Of a DNA stretch of 64,000 nucleotides, positions 10,748 through 19,465 are shown one piece after another. How positions within the stretch are numbered: the first letter of the stretch is position 1; every line of letters starts with the position of its first letter. Both the position numbers and the translations under genes were made by a program. Under the pieces are notes generated by a model. It ran no database searches and was not told the DNA's origin. It saw nothing but the letters and a program-made list of their open reading frames with translations. Location of the stretch: positions 410-64,409 of the forward strand of contig JBBISH010000014.1 in NCBI GenBank assembly GCA_037441385.1. Reading direction: 5' to 3'. The DNA is from Myxococcales bacterium. Lineage in GTDB: Bacteria > Myxococcota_A > UBA9042.

Positions 10748-10764
10748 GCTCAGCTGAATCGGCC

Positions 10765-11967
10765 TCACGCGGCACCTCCATCGCGGCGAGTCTGCTGGTC
10801 GACCAGCGGCGCCAGCACCGCCCGAGCCGGCGCAGGCAAAGAAACGCCGCACACCGACATCCAAAAATCATCCACGATATCCATAGGCTGACGCTGACGG
10901 TGGTCGCCGCGCAGCAGTTCGCCAGCCCCTTGCTGGAGTTGCGGGCGCTCGATGTGCAGCACGTTCGGGTAGCCTTCGCGCAGCCGGCCCAGCGGATCCA
11001 GCAACACACCGGGGTCGGTCAGGGTGGCTGCAATGAAATCGTTACGGTTTTCGTCCACCAAACCTCGTTGTACCAGATCAGCCAGGGTGCCCTGGACCTT
11101 GCGCAACGGCCGCAACGGCCGCAACGGCAGTTCGCGGACGTGAACGTCGCCCGCGTGGCCCACCTCGACCAGCGCGACGGAACGGGTCTGATCCGCCTCG
11201 GCAAAGGAATACTGCAGCAGCGAACCGCCGTAGCGCACCGTGGGCTGCCCCGTTTCGCCCGCCCTCACCTGCTGCGGCCGGTGCAGGTGCCCCAAGGCCA
11301 CATAGGCAAAATCGGCAAAAATACTGGGGTTCACCACCGCAGTTCCACCTACGGCCAGTTGGCGCTCGGTCTCGCTGTATTCTTGGTCACTTTGGTCCAC
11401 CACGCGGCCACCCTGCACAAAGGCGTGCGCCACGGCCACCGCCACGTCGCCGGGCTGCAATTGCTGACGCATACCTGCAATTTGGGCCTCGAGCGCGCCT
11501 TGATGATCCGTCGCCGCGCCGCGCTCGCCCAGCAACGCGCGCACGGTTCCCGGCTCGGCATAGGGCAGCGGGCACAGAGCCACCGGGAAGCCGGCACCAT
11601 CGAAGCGGATTGGCGCCGCCGCCAGGTCCACCGGCCCGCGCACCGTCAGCCCGGCCGGTTGCAGCAGGTGAGCGCCAAAGCCCAGTCGTTCGGGCCCGTC
11701 GTGGTTGCCGGCGATGGCCACCACGGGCGTGTTCAAGTCCCGGACGATTTCGGTCAGGGTCGCGTCCAACAGCGCCACCGCGTCGGCCGGCGGCACCGAG
11801 CGGTCGTAGATATCGCCTGCGATCACCAGCGCATCGGGCCGATAGTCGCGCACGTGCTGGATCAACTGCGCCAGCGCGTGTCGCTGGTCGTCCAAAAGCG
11901 ACAGGCCAAACAAGGTCTTGCCAATGTGCCAGTCAGCGGTGTGCAAAAGGCGAAACGGGCGCAGCAT
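10765..11967 (-). CDS. sbcD: SbcD/Mre11-family nuclease
   Basis: The start is MLRPFRLLHTADWHIGK and the metallophosphoesterase motifs GDIYDR and GNHD are present. It lies 17 nt upstream of sbcC. Confidence 0.85.
   Translation of the reverse strand: MLRPFRLLHTADWHIGKTLFGLSLLDDQRHALAQLIQHVRDYRPDALVIAGDIYDRSVPPADAVALLDATLTEIVRDLNTPVVAIAGNHDGPERLGFGAHLLQPAGLTVRGPVDLAAAPIRFDGAGFPVALCPLPYAEPGTVRALLGERGAATDHQGALEAQIAGMRQQLQPGDVAVAVAHAFVQGGRVVDQSDQEYSETERQLAVGGTAVVNPSIFADFAYVALGHLHRPQQVRAGETGQPTVRYGGSLLQYSFAEADQTRSVALVEVGHAGDVHVRELPLRPLRPLRKVQGTLADLVQRGLVDENRNDFIAATLTDPGVLLDPLGRLREGYPNVLHIERPQLQQGAGELLRGDHRQRQPMDIVDDFWMSVCGVSLPAPARAVLAPLVDQQTRRDGGAA
11103..11129. repeat. 9-bp x3 tandem repeat (GCAACGGCC) inside sbcD, coding LRPLRPLRK
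   Basis: Direct reading of gcaacggcc gcaacggcc gcaacggca. Confidence 0.6.
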
Positions 11968-12119
11968 AGGGAGCCTCGGCAGGTGGCGGCGGGTGCGAGG
12001 CTAGCAGCGGTGTCGGCAGGCGCAAGGGGGCGCGACTCGGGGTAGGTCAGCAGGCGACACAGGCTGTCGCATTGCGAATCGAGCCTATTTCCATACTATC
12101 TACGCAGGCATGACACAGG

Positions 12120-12144
12120 CATGACACAAGCGTGCCTTTTGTCC
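12120..12144 (+). promoter_or_regulatory. Instance 1 of 23-bp motif CATGACACAAGcGTGCcttt-TGTCc (with upstream partial duplicate CATGACACAGG at 12109-12119)
   Basis: It sits in an AT-rich patch ~55-75 nt upstream of the lipoprotein gene start. It matches the consensus TGACA-N13-TGTC. Confidence 0.5.
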
Positions 12145-12218
12145 GGGCGCCGACGAATTGACGCGCAGGGCCCGCGCACCTAAGGTGGGGATCGGGGTTG
12201 GCCATAGGACGGATTACG

Positions 12219-12914
12219 ATGCGCAACTGTCTATTTGCGTTCCTTTGTGGCGTGCTGTTCGCCCTGGCGGCTTGCGAGGCGGCCCCCGCCGCAAACGTGA
12301 ACCCAGACATTTCGGCGAGCGACACGGCGGGCGAGCTGGGTGCGGCCGATTCGGCGGCGGATGCGGCCGTAGATAGCGGAGCCGAGACCGGAACCGGTGC
12401 CGATGCCATCGCCGACACAGCGGCCGACAGCCTTTCCGACGCTGTTGCCGACACCGTTGCCGATGTGGTGGATGCGGCAGACACCGCCGCGCCCGATGCG
12501 CCCAGCGACACTGGCTCCTGCAAGTGGGATCTGACGGACTCGTCGCCCGCCACCATGCCGTGGACCACCTTCACCGTCAGCAAGGGCGCCGGTCCCTGCC
12601 CGCCCGACATGGTGTGCAGCTGGTCGTGGACGTTGGACGCCAGCGGCAACATCGCCAAGTCGATGGCAGGCGTGGCCTCGCAAGCCAAGATGGATGCGGG
12701 GGAATTCGGCGGGCTTGGCAACTTCCTCGGCAACTTCATCTTCCTGGGCCAGATGAACAGCGGCTTTGTCTGCCCGCCGCCGCCGACCGACATCGGCATC
12801 AGCTTCACCTTGAAAACCGCGGACAAGGACTACAGTCAGAACGTGACCGGCTGCATTTTTGGTAGCGGCTGCAACGACGCCAAGTCGGTGTACGAACTGG
12901 TGACCAAGTACTAG
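12219..12914 (+). CDS. Hypothetical lipoprotein with Ala/Asp-rich low-complexity linker and Cys-containing C-terminal domain
   Basis: The signal is MRNCLFAFLCGVLFALAAC; an alternative start at 12198 is possible. The linker is of the (A/D/T/S) ADSAADAAVDSG type. The C-terminal domain carries several conserved Cys. Confidence 0.5.
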   Translation: MRNCLFAFLCGVLFALAACEAAPAANVNPDISASDTAGELGAADSAADAAVDSGAETGTGADAIADTAADSLSDAVADTVADVVDAADTAAPDAPSDTGSCKWDLTDSSPATMPWTTFTVSKGAGPCPPDMVCSWSWTLDASGNIAKSMAGVASQAKMDAGEFGGLGNFLGNFIFLGQMNSGFVCPPPPTDIGISFTLKTADKDYSQNVTGCIFGSGCNDAKSVYELVTKY

Positions 12915-13149
12915 CGACGCGATCAATCATGCCGGTTCCGTAGTCATCTCATCCGGCCACGTCTCTAGACCCCGGTGGGACGCACGCACGCGCCGATGCC
13001 GATCCTGCTGCATTCTCAAGACATTCACCCTGATCCAAGCGCCTGGCGCCGTCGGCTTGACCCTATATGCGCCCAGGGGCACGATCCGGGCCAACTAGGC
13101 TGGTGGCAGCGCCCGGACGCGCCTGCGCAAATCCAGCGTGGAGGCAACC

Positions 13150-13635
13150 ATGCGCTCGCTCCTTGTCGTCGTGTCGATCTTCCTGGTCCTGGCCCTTGGC
13201 GCCTGTGGCAGCAGCAGCGGAAGCACCGCCAACGGCGCTGGATCCACTGCCGACGCGGGGACCTTGAGCGACGCCAAGGCCGGCCTGGGCGACACGGCCT
13301 CCAGTCAAGTCGACACTTTGGCCAGCGGCAGCGAAACGGCGAGCTCCGATTGGGCCTACGCCAGCGTAGTCGGCAAGAAGGTCACGCTCAGCGAAAACCC
13401 GCCGGGACCCAGCAACGTTTGGCAGTTCACGGACGCCAGCAAAGCCAAGGGCATCACCCTGGGCATGGACGCGTCGTACACTTGGGAAAAGAAAAGCGGG
13501 ACCACCGCCACCCTGGTCTTTGACGTGCAGGGCAAAGACCGCTACGACTTGGTGTTCACCGCCGCCGGCAAAGGCACGCTGCAAGAGTCGTTCGACGGCC
13601 AACCCGGCAACGCCGGGACCTTCGTCTTTGAATAA
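13150..13635 (+). CDS. Hypothetical small lipoprotein
   Basis: The signal is MRSLLVVVSIFLVLALGAC. The protein is Ser/Gly-rich. Confidence 0.45.
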   Translation: MRSLLVVVSIFLVLALGACGSSSGSTANGAGSTADAGTLSDAKAGLGDTASSQVDTLASGSETASSDWAYASVVGKKVTLSENPPGPSNVWQFTDASKAKGITLGMDASYTWEKKSGTTATLVFDVQGKDRYDLVFTAAGKGTLQESFDGQPGNAGTFVFE

Positions 13636-13910
13636 GTGCGGTTGCGAGCTACCAACCGACCGGAGAGTACGGCCGCGAGGCCCCCGCAACACGTGCCCAG
13701 CCAGGCGATCTGGCCGCAGCTTGCCACAGCCGCGCAGCGCTGATCGCCAGGCTTCCACAGTGATTTTGGACGGCGGTTTGTCGGCCGCGCCAAGTCGCCG
13801 GGCAGTCCATGGCGCCCGGCGCGCGGCACCCTGCCTCTGGACTCTGCGCGCCAGTAGCAGCACCATGGCTCCAAGCAGGTCGTGGCGACGGCGCGGCCGT
13901 AGGAGGCACG

Positions 13911-16127
13911 ATGGTTTCGCTTGGGTCGGCTCGCTCCAAAGTTGCGATATTGGCAGGATCTTTGGCGGCGTTGGTGTTGGGTGCACCCGCACAGGCCGCG
14001 GTCCCCGCCACAGTGAACCTGGAAGGCGTGGTCACCTCGGCCGGGGGCGGCGCGGCGGCCGACGGCACCTACGGGGCCGCGTTCGCGTTGTACAGCCAAG
14101 CGACGGGCGGCACCGCCGTTTGGAGCGAGGCGAACGTACAGATCACGGTGAAGTCGGGCGCGTTCAGCTACGTGCTGGGCAGCAAGACGCCGCTGGCCCC
14201 CGCCACCTTGGCCACCGCGGGCGATCTGTACCTGGGCATGGCCGTGGGCACCGACCCCGAGCTGCCGCGCATGCCGCTGCGTTCGGTAGCCTATGCGCTG
14301 GTGGCCGACACGGCCCTAAAGGCCACCGGTCTGGAGTGCTCGGGCTGCATCAAGGCGGCGGCGCTGGACAGCGCGGTGCTGCAACCCTATGCCAAGTCGT
14401 CGGATCTTGGGGTCTACGCCAAGGCGGCCGACCTCGGCGCCTATGCCAAATCCACGGATCTGAGCGCCTATGCCAAGTCGACGGACCTGGCCGCCTACGC
14501 CAAGGCGGCGGATTTGGTGGGGCTGGCCAGCAAGACCGACCTGGCCGACTACGCCAAGGCAGCTTCGCTGGCCACGGTCGCGGGCACCGGCAAGTACACA
14601 GACTTGGTGGGTCTGCCCGCCCTGGCCAAGCTCGGCACCAGCTGCGGCACCGGCCTGGTGGTCAAGGGGCTGAAGGCCGACGGCTCGCTGGACTGCGCCA
14701 GCCCGTTCGACGCGGCCGCGGCTGACACCTTGGCCAAGCTGAGCCAGGGCCTGCTCACCAACAATTTCACAGAGGTCGTGCCCAGCGCCGCGCCATTCGA
14801 TGTCAAGGACAACGATCCCACCGGCTCGTCCAACGGCCTGATCAACGTGCCCGACCTGGGCCTGGCCACCAGCCTGACCATCACCGTCAACCTGACCAGC
14901 AAGGACGCGTCGGGCCTGATCGTGCGGCTTTACGACCCCGCCAACACCGAGTACGTCCTCTACGACAAGTCGGCGACGGGCACCACCCTGAAGCTGGTGT
15001 CGCCCAGCCCCAACAAGCCGGTGACGGGCGACCTGACCACTTGGATCGGCAAGAACCCCAAGGGCAACTGGCAGTTGGCAGTGGCCGACACCAAGGCCAA
15101 CGGCGGCGGGATCGACGGCCAGGTCACCAACTGGTCGATCAGCATGGGCGTATGGTCTGACAAGAAGGTGGCGGTGAACGGCAACTTGGTGCTGACGGCG
15201 AACACGCAAGTCTGCAATACCTGGCAGAAAGGCGCGATGCGCTGGAACGCCGGCGTGGGCCGGCCCGAATTCTGCGACGGCACCGTGTGGAACGTGTTCG
15301 CACCCGCGCCGCTGGGCTCGCCCACCCGCCCGGCCGCCAGCTGCAAGGCCATTTTGGACGGCGGCGACAGCCGCGGCGACGGCAAGTACTGGGTGCAACC
15401 GGACGCCGCGGCACCGTCGTTCGAGACGTATTGCGACATGACCACCGACGGCGGCGGCTGGACCATGGTCATGAGTCTGGTCCAAGGCGAATACAAGCTG
15501 GGCGGCGACGACTGGAACCAGAAGTGGCAGCAAAGCGGCTACAACCGCTGGGCCGACAAGTCGACCTTTGGCGACCTGGACAACGCCAGCCGCTACAGCA
15601 TCGGCGACTACAAGAACGCGGCCTACGCCAGCCTGAAGGGCAGCGACATGCTCTTCTACCACGTGCCCGACGGGACCGGCATCGACCAATGGCGAGCCAG
15701 CTCGGTCTACACCTACCACACGAACACGGGATTCCTCACCAGCAAGGGCCCGACTGTTCAAGGGATCTTTGCCACCAGCTGCCCGCTGAACAACGGCGGC
15801 GGCAACCACCAGTGCTTGGTGGTCCCCATTGTCTACGACGTGGGCAACGCGACCAACTACGGCAACGAGCAATGCCCCAACAACCGCGGCGAAAGCGAGC
15901 GCGGCTACGTGACCTTTGGCGCCTGGAACGGCGAGAGCTACGCCTTTGCCTTCTGCCCCGTCAAGCAAAACGGCGCCAACTGCGAGCACAGTTGCGTGGG
16001 CGGCAACGGCACCACCGGCGGCAACGGCGCGGGCGGTTGGGGCAACATGCGCGAGTGGTACTACGACGGCAACTGGTGCATGTCGACCAAGATGCGCACG
16101 GCTGCCCTCATGATGCTGGTTCGGTAG
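13911..16127 (+). CDS. Modular secreted tail-fibre-like protein: conserved N-terminal domain, 9-aa YAKxxDLxx repeat stalk, proprotein-convertase P-domain-like module, C-terminal fibrinogen-related domain (FReD)
   Basis: There is a strong Shine-Dalgarno sequence (AGGAGG) before the ATG, and a signal peptide MVSLGSARSKVAILAGSLAALVLGAPAQA. The P-domain pattern is VNLTSKDASGLIVRLYDPANTEYVL...GNWQLAVADTKANGGGIDGQVTNWSI. The FReD hallmark SCKAIL...GKYWVQPD...FETYCDMTTDGGGWTMV is present. Confidence 0.7.
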   Translation: MVSLGSARSKVAILAGSLAALVLGAPAQAAVPATVNLEGVVTSAGGGAAADGTYGAAFALYSQATGGTAVWSEANVQITVKSGAFSYVLGSKTPLAPATLATAGDLYLGMAVGTDPELPRMPLRSVAYALVADTALKATGLECSGCIKAAALDSAVLQPYAKSSDLGVYAKAADLGAYAKSTDLSAYAKSTDLAAYAKAADLVGLASKTDLADYAKAASLATVAGTGKYTDLVGLPALAKLGTSCGTGLVVKGLKADGSLDCASPFDAAAADTLAKLSQGLLTNNFTEVVPSAAPFDVKDNDPTGSSNGLINVPDLGLATSLTITVNLTSKDASGLIVRLYDPANTEYVLYDKSATGTTLKLVSPSPNKPVTGDLTTWIGKNPKGNWQLAVADTKANGGGIDGQVTNWSISMGVWSDKKVAVNGNLVLTANTQVCNTWQKGAMRWNAGVGRPEFCDGTVWNVFAPAPLGSPTRPAASCKAILDGGDSRGDGKYWVQPDAAAPSFETYCDMTTDGGGWTMVMSLVQGEYKLGGDDWNQKWQQSGYNRWADKSTFGDLDNASRYSIGDYKNAAYASLKGSDMLFYHVPDGTGIDQWRASSVYTYHTNTGFLTSKGPTVQGIFATSCPLNNGGGNHQCLVVPIVYDVGNATNYGNEQCPNNRGESERGYVTFGAWNGESYAFAFCPVKQNGANCEHSCVGGNGTTGGNGAGGWGNMREWYYDGNWCMSTKMRTAALMMLVR
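14388..14595 (+). repeat. 27-bp coding tandem repeats (5 YAK(S/A)xDLxx units plus degenerate units)
   Basis: The encoded stretch is YAKSSDLGV YAKAADLGA YAKSTDLSA YAKSTDLAA YAKAADLVG LASKTDLAD YAKAASLAT. Confidence 0.7.
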
Positions 16128-16716
16128 TTGGCTCTGGCAAACCGCCGGCCTGACGCAGCCGCCGCAGCACCGCCATCGCCAGCGGCGCGCCGTGCAGATA
16201 GACGCCCGGCAGCCACAGCGGCACAGTCCACAAGTCGGGGTGGTTGTAGTGGAACACCCCAGTCGCCGCGAGCAGCGCCTCGCTGGTCGTGCCGCCAATC
16301 GCCAGGCCCACGCCGTTGGCCACCTGCCACACCGCGTCGCGACGGCCGAGTAACCGCCGCAAAAACAGCAGCAAGTATACCAGGGCCAGCAGCTTGGGCT
16401 GACCCTGCAGCAGAGCCGAAGCCAGGTAGGCCGCCACGAACCATAGGCTATGCAAGGCCAGTTGGCGGTGGGTGATTGGCCCCGGCTGGGCTCGTTCGCT
16501 GCAGCTGACCCACACCCAAGTCGCCACGTACATGATGAGCGTAGCGATGCCAAACAGCGGCGCCACCCACCAGGACTGGCCAAACAACACGGGTTGCGCA
16601 TAGGCCAACACGCCGCCCTGCACGTGGATCTGGTCGCACAGCGCGCCACCCAGGCCACCCAGGACGAACAGCGCGGCCAGACGGGGCCAGGTCAACTGCA
16701 GCGGGAGCGGAATCAT
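16108..16716 (-). CDS. Polytopic inner-membrane protein of unknown function
   Basis: The start is MIPLPLQLTW and there are about six hydrophobic segments. The 3' end overlaps the FReD gene end convergently by 20 nt. Confidence 0.5.
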   Translation of the reverse strand: MIPLPLQLTWPRLAALFVLGGLGGALCDQIHVQGGVLAYAQPVLFGQSWWVAPLFGIATLIMYVATWVWVSCSERAQPGPITHRQLALHSLWFVAAYLASALLQGQPKLLALVYLLLFLRRLLGRRDAVWQVANGVGLAIGGTTSEALLAATGVFHYNHPDLWTVPLWLPGVYLHGAPLAMAVLRRLRQAGGLPEPTTEPAS

Positions 16717-16718
16717 AC

Positions 16719-16775
16719 GGTTCCCGTCCAAATCGGCTCGAAAACTTCGGCAATTCTTCGGGCCCGAACCGGGGT
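16719..16775 (+). repeat. Dispersed ~55-bp element, copy 1 (contains palindrome TTCGGGCCCGAA), immediately 5' of the minus-strand membrane-protein ATG
   Basis: It is about 90% identical to the reverse complement of 56119-56177, with a partial copy at 38850-38898. Confidence 0.6.
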
Positions 16776-16914
16776 CCCCGCCTGATTCTCGCCGGTTGCA
16801 GACCGGGTCAGAGGAACCGTACAGGCGTGAATCAGACGGGGTTCGTGGCATACGGGCCTCCAGACATCGCAGGGACCGCCGGGCTGGCCACACCGGGCCC
16901 ACCCCAACGCGCCG

Positions 16915-17484
16915 TCAACGCACGCAGCGCACTCGGAACAGGCTGCTGGCCGCATAATGCCAACGATCGCCGCTGGCACAGTTCACCGCCCAGGCGTGCT
17001 CATTTTCGGAGCCTTGTGGGGTTCCGCTCCACAGCATCTCGACTCCGGCCGGGAAACCCGGCGGACAGCGGCGGCCTTCGCTGCGCCATGGGTTGATGAG
17101 CGACTCGAGCTCGTGGCGCTGGGGCGGCCGCCAATCGCGAAATCCGCCCAGGTCCAGTTGTGCGCAATAGCGAACCGCGTCTTGAAAGATCAGGCCTTGC
17201 GCCGAATTGGCTTGCTGCCACATCCGCCCGGTGAACAGGTCGGTGATGGTGCCGTTACCGTTGTCTTGCCAGGCCCAATCGGTGCCATGGGCGGCCTGGT
17301 GCAGCGCGCGCACGACCCCCACAGCGGCCACGACCACGGCGATCAGCACAGCCAACCAGCGCAACCGATGCCACCCCGTTGGCCCCAGCCATGGGCGCGC
17401 CGCCCGCGCTCTTCCGGCGCGACGTACAGGCTGGTCCCGCTGAGACACGGGCCGGATCGCCTTGGGGGATCCGCGTTTGCGCAT
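16915..17484 (-). CDS. DUF1566 (Lcl C-terminal-like) domain protein with N-terminal TM anchor
   Basis: The start is MRKRGSPK and the TM segment is LRWLAVLIAVVVAAVGVV. The DUF1566 hallmarks are DLFTGRMWQQ, RYCAQLDLGGFRDWRPPQRHELESL and WSGT...AWAVNCASG. Confidence 0.55.
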   Translation of the reverse strand: MRKRGSPKAIRPVSQRDQPVRRAGRARAARPWLGPTGWHRLRWLAVLIAVVVAAVGVVRALHQAAHGTDWAWQDNGNGTITDLFTGRMWQQANSAQGLIFQDAVRYCAQLDLGGFRDWRPPQRHELESLINPWRSEGRRCPPGFPAGVEMLWSGTPQGSENEHAWAVNCASGDRWHYAASSLFRVRCVR

Positions 17485-17760
17485 GTTCACCTCTGCCCGT
17501 GGCCTATGGGCCGATCTGCGGTCCACCGCGGCCACCTCGCCCATCAGGACCTGCAGGTTGCGGTCCCGCCGCAGAACACTGCGAATCGGCGCGGCAATGT
17601 CGGCCGGCGACAGACCTGCCAGGGCCACCTGGTACAGCAGCGGCTGGAACAAGTGGAGATCGCACCGGTCGACGAATGTCACTGCCACCGGCTGATTGGC
17701 CAGCGCTTTGGCGACACCCGGCCTGCCGAAACCGCCGCCGACGATGACCACTCGCCGCAT
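17485..17760 (-). pseudogene. ndh: Type II NADH dehydrogenase (NDH-2) N-terminal remnant (~92 aa) fused in frame to the DUF1566 gene
   Basis: The sequence MRRVVIVGGGFGRPGVAKALAN...LHLFQPLLYQVALAGLSPADIAAPIRSVL is the Rossmann start of NDH-2. The match ends after ~90 aa and reads straight into MRKRG with no stop codon. Confidence 0.45.
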
Positions 17761-17879
17761 GGCGCCCCCTGCCAGCCAGAGTAACCGCGGTAGGATGGCG
17801 GGGACAAGTTCCAAATGCGTCGACTCGGCTTGCGTGCCGGGGTGGCTGGGGGTAGTTTGGCTAGAACGGAGAACGGACC

Positions 17880-19406
17880 ATGACTGTGCAACCTGTTGCG
17901 TATTTCTTCCTCGCGGCCAGCCTTGTGCTGGGTGCGGCGTGCAGCGCACCGGCGGGCCTGCCTGCCCCCAAAGCCGACGGGACCAGTAGCAGCCTGGACA
18001 CCAACACTGCGGCGGACGCGGCCAGCGACGCTGCGGCCCCGGCCAAAGACGCCACCAGCACCGGCGATGCAGGCGGCAATGGGTGCCTGCAAGTCAAGCC
18101 CAAGCCGTTGGTTTTTGGCGCGATTGGCCCTGGGGCGGCGCAGTGGATGGGCGCGCAGGTCTGCAGTTGCGGCAGCGGCGAGCTGGTGATCACGGACGTG
18201 GCGCTGGCGGGAGACGTCAGCGAATTCAGCGTGAATCTGACCGATCTCTACACGCAGGGTGTGTTGGCAAGCCCTCCCCCCGTCAGCGCGAGCAATCCAC
18301 TGAAGCTGGCCCCGGGCCAATGTGTCCAGTTCAAGGTCGGCTACACGGTGTCGGATTCTCCAATCCCTGGGATACCCGACGCCGCGACCTTGACGTTCGC
18401 CGCGCAAGGTACCGGCCCGACAAGCGTGCAGTTGCAGAGCACCCCGATGTCGGCGAAATGCCCGGACAACCTGGTCTGGGTGAGCGAGGGTGACACCGTG
18501 ATTCCGCAGACCCTGCTGCACCTGCACTGCGACGCCAAGCTGCTGCCGGGCGGCAAAGTGCCCTGCAACTGGAAGATCGAGCAGCCGGCGGGGAGCTACC
18601 AGCCGCTGCAACCGGGGCCCAACTTCCTCAACCCCACACTGCTGGCCAACGCCGCGGGCGAGTACAAGATCTGCGCCGAGGTCGGCGTGCCAGGTCTGCC
18701 TGACCCCTGCACCGCCTGTACCACCGTGCAGGTCGTGCCCGTCAATTCGCTGCACATCGAGCTGCTGTGGGACACGCCCGCCGACCCGGACCAGACCGAC
18801 ACGGGCCCGGCGGCGGGCGCGGATCTGGACCTGCATTTTGCCCACCCGCTGGCGACCGGCCCGGACCTGGACTGCGACGCCAAGGGCGATCCGTGGTACA
18901 ACAATCCCCTGGACGTGTTCTGGTTCAACTCGGCCCCGGATTGGGGTCAAGCCAGCTTCAAACCCGACAATCCAAGCCTGGATCTGGACGACACCGACGG
19001 CGCCGGACCCGAGAACCTGAACCTGGAGGCGCCGGAAGGCACGCTGGCCGATCCGGTCGCCTACAGCGTGGGCGTGCACTACTGGAACGACCATGGCTAC
19101 GGGCCGTCGTTCGCCACCGTGGCGGTGTATGTCCTGGGTTCGAAGGTTGCCCAGGCCAACAAAGTCAAGCTCGATCCGCTGGATATGTGGACGGTGGGCA
19201 AGGTGTGGTGGCCCAACACGGCCTCGGGCGGCAGCAAGCCGGTGTTCCAGGAGTGCCTGCAGTCGGGCGACTCGTGCGCGGCCAAGCAGAACCTCATGTG
19301 GCAGCCCACGGGCGACTGGTGCATCGCCAAGTGCTACATCAACGCGGGCTTTGTGGGGGCCATTGGCGGTGGGGCGAGCGCTTCGGCCTGCAAGGGCGTG
19401 CCGTAG
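17880..19406 (+). CDS. Hypothetical secreted lipoprotein (Cys-containing Ig/beta-sandwich-like N-domain + C-terminal domain)
   Basis: The signal is MTVQPVAYFFLAASLVLGAAC. The antisense frame is Arg/Gly junk. Confidence 0.55.
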   Translation: MTVQPVAYFFLAASLVLGAACSAPAGLPAPKADGTSSSLDTNTAADAASDAAAPAKDATSTGDAGGNGCLQVKPKPLVFGAIGPGAAQWMGAQVCSCGSGELVITDVALAGDVSEFSVNLTDLYTQGVLASPPPVSASNPLKLAPGQCVQFKVGYTVSDSPIPGIPDAATLTFAAQGTGPTSVQLQSTPMSAKCPDNLVWVSEGDTVIPQTLLHLHCDAKLLPGGKVPCNWKIEQPAGSYQPLQPGPNFLNPTLLANAAGEYKICAEVGVPGLPDPCTACTTVQVVPVNSLHIELLWDTPADPDQTDTGPAAGADLDLHFAHPLATGPDLDCDAKGDPWYNNPLDVFWFNSAPDWGQASFKPDNPSLDLDDTDGAGPENLNLEAPEGTLADPVAYSVGVHYWNDHGYGPSFATVAVYVLGSKVAQANKVKLDPLDMWTVGKVWWPNTASGGSKPVFQECLQSGDSCAAKQNLMWQPTGDWCIAKCYINAGFVGAIGGGASASACKGVP

Positions 19407-19417
19407 CCGCTCAGTAG

Positions 19418-19439
19418 AATGGGGGGCATTTTCTACTCC
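19418..19439 (+). repeat. GGGGGGCATTTTCTACTCC motif, 14 nt after the lipoprotein stop codon
   Basis: The same 19-mer recurs at 21077-21095. Confidence 0.6.
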
Positions 19440-19465
19440 TTGAAAGGATTGCAGATCCGCGACCG

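Noticed and set aside
12047-12826. 259-aa minus-strand ORF overlapping the Ala/Asp-rich lipoprotein gene
   Set aside because: It is an antisense artefact of a low-complexity GC-rich region. The plus strand has a clear lipoprotein signal.
15370-15380. RGD tripeptide in the FReD protein
   Set aside because: A tripeptide is expected by chance at this protein length. It is noted only as context for the FReD finding.
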